Of a stretch of DNA of 64,000 nt, positions 10,619-24,309 are shown piece after piece (position 1 is the first letter of the stretch; each line of letters begins with the position of its first letter). The stretch covers positions 1,116,001 through 1,180,000 of the forward strand of contig MU006091.1 of assembly GCA_010093705.1 (NCBI GenBank). The letters run 5' to 3'. The notes under the pieces are model-generated. The model was not told the DNA's origin. It ran no database searches and worked only from the letters and a program-made list of their open reading frames with translations. The translations under genes were made by a program, and so were the position numbers. The stretch comes from Patellaria atrata CBS 101060. Lineage: Eukaryota.

Positions 10619-12352
10619 ATGATTCCAAGTAGAGGCTTTCAGGCCGCTCAGCGGGCATTTGGATCATATCGAACATCTCTAATACCTTTGTCACAATATC
10701 CAAAACCGTTCAGACAGGTACAATCATCAAATGCGACTACATCGCACCTCTACTTACTATCCGTATAGTTCTCGAGCAGATCTTCACAAATTCCCAATTT
10801 CCCCTCTAAACCTCGAATATCACCATTATGGCCGCAACAATGCCTACGAAGACCTCAGCTAGGAATATCTAGGGCTATCTTCTCACCTCGATTTCAGTCC
10901 ACTTCACAGTTTCGTGCAGCTGCCGCATCTACGCCGCATGAGCTCAAAGCGGAGCCTGCGGTGGACGCATCCCCTTTACCTGACATGGACATGATGAACC
11001 TCACTGGAGATAACCTAAAGAATATCCCAGAGGGCATTGGATACCTCAAGAGCTTAGGATTGGACTACGGATGGGGTCCCACCTCTGTCATCGAATGGAC
11101 CCTCGAACACGTTCACGTCCTCTCGGGTACACCTTGGTGGGCTTCAATCATGCTCACAACCCTACTGGTGCGACTATTCGTGTTTCCGCTTTTCGTATCT
11201 GCCTCGAATAACCAGGCTCGTATGCAAGCTGTCGCCCCCATTGCGAAACCGCTGCAGGAAAGGATGAATGAAATCCGCATCACTGGTGATATGAACCAGA
11301 TGTTCAAGGTCAAGGCACAGCTTAGCACTCTGTACAAAGACGCGGGTGTGAGTATGTTTGGGGTATTCCGTGCACCCCTCGTCCAAGGTGTTCTTGGATT
11401 TGGGACTTTCAGGCTTTGTCGCGGCATGGCTAACCTCCCTGTTCCTGGCCTGGAAACTGGAGGCCTGCTCTGGCTCACAGATCTCACTAGACCAGACCCT
11501 TACTTCCTCATCCCAGTCCTAACTTCCTTGGTCTTTCACTATCTGCTGAAGGTAAACTCTCGCAGATCTCTGTCTTATCCCTGATGATCAAGCTAACATA
11601 AACCCCCTATCTAGAAAGGAGGTGAATCAGGTGTCCAAACGGGCGTCAATCCCGCCATGCAGAAATTCATGGTCTACGGTCTCCCAGTCATAATGTTCGT
11701 CTTTTCCATCTTCCAACCCGGCTGCCTTCAACTCGTTTTCTTCCTCGCCCCCTTCTTCGGCCTCATCCAATCCTGGATCCTCCGCACCCCCTCCGTGCGC
11801 GCCTTTTTTGGCATCGCCCCCTTACCACAGAGAAGGATATCTATCCACTTCCCAGAGCCTTTCTCTCGCACTAGATTCGAAAAAATCTCTCAAGCAGCGG
11901 CTACCCCTAATATTACCGTCGCTGCTATGGAGGCGGAAGCAGCAAAGGGGAAAGATACGATAATTGGCGCGAGGCTGGACGGCCCTAGGAAGGGCATCAT
12001 CGGTGGCGCAAAGGCTGAGATCTCGGGTATGACGCAGGAGGTCAGCAGGTACTTCAAATCTACGATGGAGAAGGCGAGGAATAGCTCGCGCATGAAGAAG
12101 GCCGAATTAGATAGGGAGAAGGCACGCACGGATGCTTACGAGAAGAAGAGAAGGAGAGAGATCGAGGAGGAGAGGGCGATGGTTGCAGAGTTAAGCTTGG
12201 AGGAGAAGAGGGAGGGATTGGAGAAGATGGAAAGAAAGAGGGAACAGCAGAGGTTGGAGGCATTGAAGAATTGGCAGAAGAGAGGACGTGTGGACTTGAA
12301 GAGAGGAAAGTCCAAAGGCGTAATAGGGGCAGAAGAAAAAGAGATCACGTGA
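10619..12352 (+). CDS. OXA1: Mitochondrial inner-membrane insertase Oxa1 (YidC/Oxa1 family)
   Basis: Presequence-like start MIPSRG; GYLKSLGLDYGWGP, PWWASI, LETGGLLWLTDLTRPDPYF; charged C-terminal tail; introns at about 10718-10768 and 11552-11614. Confidence 0.93.
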
Positions 12353-12795
12353 AGGGTAGGGTACGGGGAATTACTGTTCCCTATTGGTTTGTTTCATATG
12401 TATAGTATTTCTGTACATTTACGTTGCATATCTGGTGTTTTACTACTATTGAATATCTTCTCTTTGTATATTACAATTTCCACTTCTTCTCTCTTTGGTT
12501 CTTGTACGCCTCGAGGAGCTCCTATCACTGTAAAGTACATCTGCTGTGACTCCAAGCACGCACGAGCAATTCTCAAGATGTCCTGACTCGTACCAGAGTT
12601 CATTAATTATCCGTTTCGTTCGGGTAACCCTTGCAGACTTTGTACGTCACTTATGTACAGTGGATGGTCCCAGAGTCTTCTTCGTGGCCCATTCGTATTC
12701 AAAACCCAATATGCTAGCTCATCTACCATACCCAGATTCTCGGCTGAACGAATGCAATCCAAACATCGTCACTAATCGGGATATCCCAAGAGCGA

Positions 12796-14553
12796 TCAAG
12801 ATGGCATCTCAACTTTGGCACTCTTCCTCAAAAGCCCAGCTCCTAGCACATTAACCCCGTTCTCAGCTGGTGGCGGGTCATCTATTTTGGCCTTCTTTCT
12901 CACCAAGCCCGCACCAAGATGATTGACACCATTAGCCTCCACCTTCTCAAGTACCTCGTCCTCACTCTTCCTCTTCTTCCTTACCAACCCTGCCCCCAAC
13001 GAGTTGACCTCGGTGTCTTCCCCTTCCTTCCTCTCAATATTATCCACCTTTTTCTTTTCCCTCACTCCTAGGACGGTCGTAACCGCCTCCTCTGCTGACG
13101 CTGTATCTGAACTCTCCTTCTCAAGTTTTCTCCCCACAATACCCCTCCCCCACTCTTTCCTTCCTGCCAACACTCCAACCTCCTCAACCCACCGCCTCGA
13201 ACTACTAGCCGCGAGGGCCATATTCGAAAAATCAAGCTTTAGCAACAAGTCCGTAGCGCGTTTATACGTTTTCTCGGGCAGCAGAAGCTCGCCCCGCCCG
13301 GCTTGGGGCCAGAGATAGTATGGTGTTCGTTCTGGGAGGTTGGGGGTTACTGAGAGTGATTTAATGCGGGGAGGACGGGGGAGGATGGGCCCGGTGAGTT
13401 TTCTCTTTTTAAGGTTGGGTTGTGAGGAGGTTCTCGTGGGTGCGTTGGAAGGCTGGGACGACGGAGGGGTGGGGAGGGTGATGTCGCTTTCTTGGCTGTT
13501 GGGTAGGGAGGAGGAAGAAGGTGTGGATGATCGTTGACTTGAGTTTTTCATATCGGTATCAGGGGGCGTGAACACCACCCAGATAAACCCTACAAGTCTC
13601 CCTGAAGAGCATTCCTGTCTAAACGCCATCATGTCCCAGAACTGCTCCAATGTCTTTACGCTTGTCCACTGCCCTGAACTCCGGCTGGCGGGGCTGTCGG
13701 TGATTTGACTCCCGGTGTTGCCATCGTGGATTTCTTCGTCAAGCTCAGAGAGGAAGCGGGCTTTGGGATCGTCGGGAAAGTGGGGGACGAGGCAGCGGGG
13801 AGGTGCGCTGGGAGTCGTATTGAGCTCGCACAGGGGATGGCCATAGGCCCAGCGTTTTTGGGGCGGGGGATCTGAGCGGACGGTGGCGGGGAGGAAGCGT
13901 GTGGTCTCGTATTTGTCAACGCCGGGCACGATAACGTAGCCCTGAGCCGTTGTTTGGTCTACGTTGTCTGGCCCAGGAGCTTCTAGATCAATGGAGCTTT
14001 GCTCAGGAGCGTATTTCCGAATTACTGGGTCGAGCACTCGGCACCACCACTTTACTAGGCCTCGATCATCGAGGACATGTTTGGTCGAGTTATCGATACT
14101 TCCGGGGTATAGATATTGATCTTGTGCTCTTGCGAAAAGCGAGACGACTAGTCGAACGCTAGGTCGTATTCGATGCTTAACAAGATATGATATAAAAGTG
14201 CTCGCGACCGACTTTATAGGAGATCCATGCGATCGAGGGAGCTGTAGTAGGGAGAGGTAGCCAGTCGAGTCGGCTTTCGAAACGAACAGAGTGGTGAGGT
14301 GCTTTGTAGTATAGATCAGAACCTCAATCGCAAATGCAAATAAATTCTCCCCATCTTTATCATCACCAGGATTCAAGGAAACGTTCAGAAAGTGAGATTC
14401 GCAGTAGGTCTTTTCGGGTCTCGCGCCAGGCGGAGCGGAAAAGATGGCCGGACATTTCGTAGGTGGAGTGGAAATATGACAAAATTTGAAGGCTATACCC
14501 TCAGGCAGATTTTCCGCAAACTGTTCCAAAAGTGGTTTTTCTTCAATATCCAT
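12796..14553 (-). CDS. RTT109: Histone H3K56 acetyltransferase Rtt109
   Basis: Single 585-aa ORF with FVSKADSTGY, SLFARAQDQYLYPGS..KHVLDDRGLVKWW, FPDDPKARF and FRQECSSGRLVGF motifs. Confidence 0.95.
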   Translation of the reverse strand: MDIEEKPLLEQFAENLPEGIAFKFCHISTPPTKCPAIFSAPPGARPEKTYCESHFLNVSLNPGDDKDGENLFAFAIEVLIYTTKHLTTLFVSKADSTGYLSLLQLPRSHGSPIKSVASTFISYLVKHRIRPSVRLVVSLFARAQDQYLYPGSIDNSTKHVLDDRGLVKWWCRVLDPVIRKYAPEQSSIDLEAPGPDNVDQTTAQGYVIVPGVDKYETTRFLPATVRSDPPPQKRWAYGHPLCELNTTPSAPPRCLVPHFPDDPKARFLSELDEEIHDGNTGSQITDSPASRSSGQWTSVKTLEQFWDMMAFRQECSSGRLVGFIWVVFTPPDTDMKNSSQRSSTPSSSSLPNSQESDITLPTPPSSQPSNAPTRTSSQPNLKKRKLTGPILPRPPRIKSLSVTPNLPERTPYYLWPQAGRGELLLPEKTYKRATDLLLKLDFSNMALAASSSRRWVEEVGVLAGRKEWGRGIVGRKLEKESSDTASAEEAVTTVLGVREKKKVDNIERKEGEDTEVNSLGAGLVRKKRKSEDEVLEKVEANGVNHLGAGLVRKKAKIDDPPPAENGVNVLGAGLLRKSAKVEMPS

Positions 14554-14747
14554 AGCCGCTCAATACTATCCAAAAATGATCCTGAGGACTAGAGATGGAG
14601 ACTCGGGGGAGACGCGAAGCGGCGCGATCAACTTCCCGCCAAGACTCGGCCAAAGATTTCCATCTTCAACCTCACTCCTGTCTATGTACCATTAAACTCT
14701 ACAGCAATTTGGGCAGCTTCCTGCTTACGATTGTCTCTTCTTGTTCA

Positions 14748-15718
14748 ATGGCATCAAAACCGACATGCCAACTTCTGTTGCGGAACTGTAGGTCCTCTCC
14801 ATCTCTCTCCATTCGCTCAGCCAGTAAACCTATCGCTGCAACCCTATCCCCTAAGAGTTTATCTCAATCCCGATCCTACGCTCGCGATACTCCCTTTCAG
14901 GTGGAATCGCACACGCCAAGATGGCAGAGACCTCTCAAGGAGTCACCGCACGAAGAAGGCTTCGTCCCGCAACAATGGCGTCGAACACCTCCAGGTATGG
15001 CTGCGCCTGTATCGACGAACATAAGAACAAAGAATAGCATATGGGAGGTCAACGAAGACCCACGGAAGCTAGATGATGCGTACATTAGGATGCTAGGACA
15101 TGGTGGAGAGAAGATGCTGCAGGAAGATGTTAAGTGGTTGGCTGTTACACATAAGAGCTTTGATCATGGAAGACGGGGGCAAAACAGTCGGTTGGCATTT
15201 TTAGGTTAGTTAGAGATAAGAGATATATTAATCATGGAGGGATATTATTTGCATTTAAATCTAGAAGGGAGCGCTGACATAGTTTCGGAAATAGGAAAAC
15301 GCATAATAGACCTCCAAGCATCCTTATACCTCCTGAATACTCAAGTGCAGCCCACAATCGCCGACCCGCATGGACGCGAACCCTTTCAACACCCCGCTTT
15401 AACAGGTCTCAGCAAGCTGACTGATGAAACCAAGAATGCCGTTGTGGGACACACTAAACTATGCTCAATCGCATCGATGTACGGCCTGCTTCCAGTAACA
15501 AGATGGAAGCCCAGAATCGTAGGTTTATAGTTAACCTCATCTCAAGTAGCACTGGCTAATATTCCATGTAGGTCGACGATCTAATAATATCAGGATGTGA
15601 CGTGGTAGTAGCACAGACATTGTGTGCCATTATTGGTGCGCTCTCGTTGGAAAAGGGCGGCGAAGTAGCAAATAACGTTGTGAGAGAGAAGATACTAGAT
15701 CCGATGCGCATTTTATAA
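14748..15718 (+). CDS. MRPL15: Mitochondrial ribosomal protein mL57/MrpL15 (RNase III-like domain)
   Basis: Presequence MASKPTCQLLLRNCR; WLAVTHKSFDHGRRGQNSRLAFLG; DPHGREPFQHPAL; IIGALSLEKGGEVANNVVREKIL; two introns; TAA 15716-15718. Confidence 0.88.
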
Positions 15719-18700
15719 TATGTTTCGGAGGGTGTGTTGGAATAGATATTGTATTATAGTACGGCTATCAGAGTATGGCTGTGTAAAAAAAAAGACAACT
15801 AATCCCAGATCCGTAACATATCGACCACAACTACTCATCTCGTCGTTGCGACTCGCCGCAAATTAAGCCTGTCACTTCATATCCAGGAACTTCTCTATCA
15901 GTGGATGATACTTGTAATCCGACGCGAAGTGCATCCAAGCTGAACCATTGTGAATAAACCTGGAATTTTTATTGTCCTTCCAAGTTTCCCTTCCTAGGAT
16001 ACCTCGGATTCTTAGCTCATGCACCGCAGCACATTCACCTGAACACCACCACAGCCGTATAGAAAAATTCGATTAAGCTCCACTCGTTGCTACGACGAAT
16101 AATTGAAGAGTTATCCTCTTTGAACGTAGTCTCTAGGTCCACGAAAAGGGTATATGAGATAGAATCCTACAGGTGTAGGATATGGATGAGATTGAACATA
16201 CTACAGGAGCGGTGTGAAAATTCGTCTTGAGCGCTCACCGTGAGAATCAAAGTTGGTTACTGGATGAGACGAAATGGAAATACATTAATAGGATGATACA
16301 GAGCACTAATACATAATCGTGAATCCTGTGGTAGCTTCTCCCGTTTAAGGGTATGTTGATTGCTCCAGCACATGGAACCAATCCTTTGGTTAGTGAATTC
16401 TTTTAGCGACAGTAAGACCCAAGATGAAATTTAGTATCAACCTAATGCTGAGGCAACCGTGGGGTGCAAGTTGAGCGAAATCATTGGGAGCCATACAAAG
16501 GGTGAGGAGCCGTACGCTTTTTTTTCTTTTGAAGACGCTCCCGGGTAGGCAAGTCAGGATCGATCAAGTTGGAACAATAATTGTACAATTTTCTCGACTC
16601 TTTATGATGCGATTCCTTCTCGGAGCCACTTACACAATGCTTCAAATCCGTGTACTTAAGATGATCTTATGGGCCACCTTGCAGAAAGATATTTCACTAT
16701 TCAGCCAAGAAGATTATACAACACCACTATCTCCAAGCTTAGCATCCCTCCATCATTGTACACTCGAGATCCCATCGTACACAAGTCCGGTTAGTGTACC
16801 TATGTAATTATGATCTTCATGTACTTGATACTGGGACTGTAGAGAACACCATCCCGTTTTAGTCTTACGTCTTGTATTATGAGCTCCGGGAGACTTGAAG
16901 AGAGCTGAAAGAAAAGATTTTCCTCTACGACGATCTTATAATCCTTTGATAAGAATGTGCGGACGAACATAGTAACTGAAAGATTATTGTGTATCTACTA
17001 GTTCACATGGTGATAAGCTATCATTGGGTTTACCGAGATAGGTATTAAGAAAATGGTCCAACTGAGAGACGAAAACCTTAGTCCAACCGTCTAAGATCTT
17101 TCATAAGTAGCTTTGATACGCTCAATGCGCCTAACGCCTTCAAATTAGGGTTTAAGTCAAGGGGTAAGCTTTGAAATGTATTCTTCCTTCCAGTTCCAAG
17201 CACATTTCACACGCTCCCTATCTTGAGAACTATGGATGAACTTGAGCTTGAACTGCACGAAGAGAAAACAAAATGAGCGGCTAAAACCTTGGACGTAATT
17301 TTCTTGCATGTCGAATGTGGACCATGAGATAAAAAAAAGAAGATATATGAGATTTTTTCATGATGACCTTATAATCTACTAGCCTTTATTTTGACCGTTG
17401 GTTGTATTGACTGAGGTCAGAGTAGACTAATGTTGAAGTTAGAGGTTGTGAGACATCCCGGCGATAAGGTTTTTCCGCAACCTAAGTAGACGACAAGCAG
17501 TCGACCCCCCTTTTTCTTCCTACCTACCTTCTGCAATGTTCGGATTAGGAAGCTGGATAGTGCATTGATTCAACTAATGTACTCCTGAAAAAATCCACAT
17601 TGATTTCTTCCGTGCAGGTTCGGCTGCCCTCGCGTGCACAGAAGACGAACAGTTTGTCGGATCTGAAGTAGTTACTGTACAGTACTCCACGCTCAATGAG
17701 CAGGTCAAACGTCCACGAGCAAGTACAGCAGCCCGCAGGACTGATTATGCTTACCACCTAAAACATTTATCGTTATCATCTCCGAAAAGGCCATGATAAC
17801 CAACTAAACGAGCTCATCAGGCTTGGTATCCTGTAAAGAGTATCTCTGGGAACTGTATATCGACAAACTAGAATGCCTATGAAAACCATCAAGAAGGACA
17901 TTTTTTCTACCGCGTACTTTACGACAGATACCTCATTGGTTAGGCCAGATAAGCGAATCAAAAGGTAAAATTACAATCTCGGTTTAGCACGAAGCATTTA
18001 TATTAAATTCGACCAGGATTAATAGAGGGTATATCACGTGAACGGCACGATCTCGACCATCTCAACGTTCTTCTGCTACAACCCTAGCAAGATTCTAGTG
18101 GGCGCGTGGGCAGTTTGGGCCAACATCCCCTGATATATTCTTGCTACTCCCTTATTCTGTAACCTAGATATGGGATTCTCTCCGTCTTAGGTTGTACCGC
18201 AACCTTCTCCGTCTCTCTGGAGTCCGAATCAAATGCCGAGCGCCAGCACCTATTCAGGCTTAACAATTCCTAATCTCCGACATGGAAATTCAACTCCAAC
18301 GGGACACTGGGACAGCATGGACCGAGTTTCAACAGTCTGATTTGGGTCGTTGGAAGCAATCTTGCCGATCGCTCGGCCTACCCGCAGATTCGCGAACAAT
18401 CGTCAGGGGAAATATGAACGGTTGAAGCGCTGAACAGCGTGTGGCTGCTGCTTTCTAACGCCTGGACAAAGCTTGATACAGCAGGTCATCCACAACTACC
18501 ACCAGCCCTGTAGCGTCGGACTTCCCAAAAATGTCCTCATCATAAGTAGGGCACGCTTCTACGTCTTCCTGGCTCTCGTGCCTATGGATGTGCGTGAGCA
18601 TCTGCATGACCTGAAGGGATAAGTGTGATATCAAGAACACTGATAAGGACCTTAGATAACATTCACTACGAGAACGACCCCCACTTGCGGATGGAAGCAT

Positions 18701-19957
18701 AGGGTCACAACCCATCAAGAAATAACGTGAAGATACAACATCGAGCGCGGGGCATCTATCACTAGAACCGACGTCGGCCTTCAAAACGACACTTTACACG
18801 TTGTTACCATATCTGGACGTTGTATAGCATCGTCGCGTACAGGGCTCTTAGTGAGCGCGTACCTGAATGCACGTGGGGTAATGCAGGGTGTTCTCCACTA
18901 AGCGGATGATAGACTCCCATGATCCCCTCCTGCAGGTGATTTGAACCATGTTCACATCTCCCGTCAACCTCGAAAGGATACAAAACCCGGATCAGGAGGG
19001 CTCGATAAGCATCAAGCGACAATCATAGCTCCGAACTTTGATGTCTTCTACCCCTCTATCCATAGATAGCGCCACGATTTGCGCCCAAGGCGCTTGGAAA
19101 CAACCCACTATTCGCCTTAGATTGAGATCGACATATCATAGCCTGTCGACGTTTGGATGAAAATTAAAGCTTCTTAGCTGATTTATCTTCAGGTAAGTTG
19201 AGTTGTTGAATTGAGCTTTTTCTAGTCATAGTAAACTCATCGGTAAAAAGTTCCAAATCTGCACTTCCACTACTAAACACGCGGACATATTCTGTGTTGA
19301 ACCCGGAAGACGTCACTTCTGAACAGTGCGTTCTTATCAAGCTGTTTAATTTCACGAGTTACTTTATTCTCTCCTAACCGAACCCAGTTGCTCAGTATAT
19401 ACTCTCTGATCCTTGTCGAATTTAACCATCAGTCTCTTTACTGTGTCAAAAAATACTACATGGTTATGCCGTTATGGAGGCTAAGACCCCTCGTCCCATG
19501 AGCTCGAAATTAACTGAGACCCCTTTACGTTCCCGAGCCACACAACGGGATACGTTTCATACTGCTCTATCACGATGAGCTTTACCCCAAGCAGTGTTTA
19601 GCCACTTACCCCTCAGGCTACCACCTAGCAAAGTATGGTTACCTTCTCTGTTGAGATATTCTCCTCTTTTATCACCTTCACAATTTTGTATAGGAATGTA
19701 CGGTCCCTGTAAGTATAATCTGACCCATGTCGACGACCAGAAGTCAGCGCCAAAGTCCATGGCATTTAGAGGTACAGTGGTATCTTAAGGAGACAGCGGG
19801 TTGTACCGTCTGTTAATCTTATGTTTCAATGCATCTATGCAATATGGTAGTATGCCATAGGTAGGTGGTCAAAATCTCAATATAAATATGTCTCTACTCT
19901 CCAGCGTTTTTGTTCTTCATCCAGTCATTCCAAGTCAGACCCAGGACAACATCCAGC

Positions 19958-21411
<1,454 letters not shown>

Positions 21412-22309
21412 GCCTCGAGCTTGTCCGAGAAGATCACTGACGGGATTTTCCTTCGTCTTTCCAGCTCCGCTGGAAACCCTTTTTTTTGCATTGGGTTGAG
21501 GAGGGCGTAGGTGGTTGGTTTTGGGTTTGAGGGACTCTAATTGGAGTATGGGACGACTCTCGCTATCAAATCTCTTTCAATTTTCTGCTCATATTCTTCA
21601 ACATTTTCGAATTTCTTCTTCTACATACTTTGACTTTTACTTCTCGCTCTCATTTACGACTATTGTCTCCACTTCTACTGTTTATACATTTCACTTGTCT
21701 CTCATTAATATCCCTTATCTTTGGTTTTGGTTCTGGTTTTATGATGTAAATACTGTTGATCTTCTTGACTTTTTAGAGACGAAACTCCAATATTATAAGT
21801 TCATATGCATGGACCAGAGTGTTTGATGGTAGATGTCGTGAAGTTCAGTCGTGCAACTAAGCTCACACATGATCAGTATCGCGTCCTCTTCATCCCCCCA
21901 ATACCTCTCGAGGAAAGCGTGGAAACTATTTAGACCCTTTTCTTTTCTTTAAGAATATATATACATATGTGGATCTGAGTAGGATTGCAATGGCATGTAC
22001 AGATGTGTCGAGGAGTGCTAGGGACTGCGCTATGCGTGTGCGTGATTTGGTCATGGGAGAAAATAGAAAGAGGGCGATACAGCGAATTTAGTGCTTAGTA
22101 CGGAACTGCCAGGGAGGTCACGGCACGAGGCCGTACTGTATTGTACAGCATGGGACACGAGTGCAGCGGAAGCGTGCATACGACTGTGTACGGAGGTATA
22201 CCGGGGACGTGAGTCGATATCAAAGTATCATGTAGTGACGAACGAGGATGCTTAAGCGTTTCATGGTGCATTTCTAGCAGTGAAGTATCTCACGGAGATG
22301 ACATTTCAT

Positions 22310-24000
22310 TCAGTCCCTCCTCGCCTTCTTACTCCTCCCTTGTACCGCTTCTCCGTTCACAATACCACCACCAACATTGTCATCCTCGTTCGTCTCCGTT
22401 CTCTTGTTCCCCTCCTTGATCTCATGTACCTTCATATCCACACCGACCCAAAACCGTTTCCCGCGCCACGTGACCGTAACACCTCCCCAAAACGCCCAAA
22501 ACCAAATGGGGAACGCCAGTGCCTCTCTCCCAAACCACGCGGGAAACCATTCCAGAAACGTCCTCCTGGTAAAGCCCTTAGGCGGCCTTGCAAACGCCGG
22601 CGTATCCTCATCAACTTCGATTGAGGCAGCCGAATGGAGGAGGCGGTACAAGCTCCAATCGAACGCTGCCCAGATACTAACACTGAGCAACCAGAAAGCG
22701 GCAAAAGCAGTCCACGTCGGAGAGACGTGTAAATTGGAGTGGACCCAAGGTATCGTGGTGACGGCAAAGGCGCCGTAGAGCGAACAGAGGAGGCTCTCAG
22801 TCCCCGGCTCCACCAGCGTCGCGAGCGTGACTGTGAACTTCCTCACTCTGAGCCATCTTACTCTCCTTGCAACATACTCTTCCACCGCCATGTGAGCCAT
22901 AGGTTGGAGTGCGAGGTCGCCGAAGACCATGGCGTGTTTGCCTAGTTGCTCTCCTTCCTTTTCCTCGGGAACGGCATTTTTCCAGAGCAGATCGCCGATG
23001 AGATGGTCTTCGCAGATGTTGTCGGAGAAGAAGTCGATCCCTTCGGCACGAGACGGGTTGGTGCGGGTCAGGGCGTCGAGATGCGAGCGCCGGAACATGT
23101 TGGACTTGCCGACGATGCAGGGAGCGAGGAGGACGGTGTTGATTGCGGTGTAGAATTTGGCGTGCGAGGAGGACATGAATAACTCCTCAAGTCTACCACC
23201 ACCATCTTTCCATATCTCAAACCCCGCACTATCCCCCTTACTCGTCCCATCGAGGTTTGCGGTGCTTGTCGACGACACCGGGACATCCTCCTGGCGGTGA
23301 TCCTGTGCAGAGAGAAGAGCTCGTGATTCTGCGCTGGTAGCCGTGCCGAGGGTATCGATCACGAGAGGAAGGTGGTGTACGAATTTGTTCTTTCCGTTCC
23401 CACCGTAGCCGCAAAGTGTATCTACCATTCGGCCCGCGGCGCCTTTTCCGACCCAAACATTGCAGTCGATAATCCAGATCAGATCGCCCTTCGCCTCTCG
23501 ATACGCACGACTCATATTCCTGATCTTCGGGTTTGGTCCCAGTCTAACCTGCCTGCTGTCCTCCTCGCGCAACGCCGGATCTTCATCCTCGATCAAGATC
23601 CTAGCGTCGAAGCCCGGGAAGTCCTTGAGCAGCTGCTCGAGGACCCGTAGGGACGCATCGTCGCGTGTCGACACACAGAGGTATATGGTGAGTTTGTCGC
23701 GGGGGTATCTCTGCTGGAATGTCGCGGCGAGGCAGTCGTAGAGACTCGGTTCGAGGCCTTTGATCGGGCGGATCACGGTGATGTGCGGAGGATCGACATC
23801 ATTGTCTACGGTACACGATGCGGGAGCGCGCGGGGAGGAGTAATGTCGACGGCTGTATGGATTTTATCAGTATTGCGCATTAGGTTGAGATCTCTCGATG
23901 AATGTAAGGAGGCAGACATTTGGATGTAGCCGACAGTGCAGACAATCGCTACCGCGATATACCAGATAAGGCAGATAATCGCGAAGACCTCGAGGACCAT
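22310..24000 (-). CDS. GCS1: Glucosylceramide synthase (ceramide glucosyltransferase, GT21)
   Basis: N-terminal TM segment (ATG 24000; an in-frame ATG also lies at 24066), one intron, then [52 protein letters not shown]. Confidence 0.92.
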
Positions 24001-24309
24001 TGGTTTTGCAGGGCCATTGGAATAAGAAGCAATGCCGTATAGGTAGACAAGCTGCTCTAGCACCATGTGCTGTATATATAAATTTATTTATCTACGAACA
24101 TGGTGAATGCGGGATGCCCAGAATTTTGGAGCTCAGCTCGTCATTGTCAGCATTGGTGGCATCACGTGCAACCATGGAGCAATAGCGTGAAGGAACCAAA
24201 ATTTTCATGGTATTGCATTCATACAATGGGTATATAGTGGAAAATGAATATCTATAATAGAAAAGAAAGTGAAAGAGAAAGCCACCCAACTCCATGAAAT
24301 TCCCGACCA

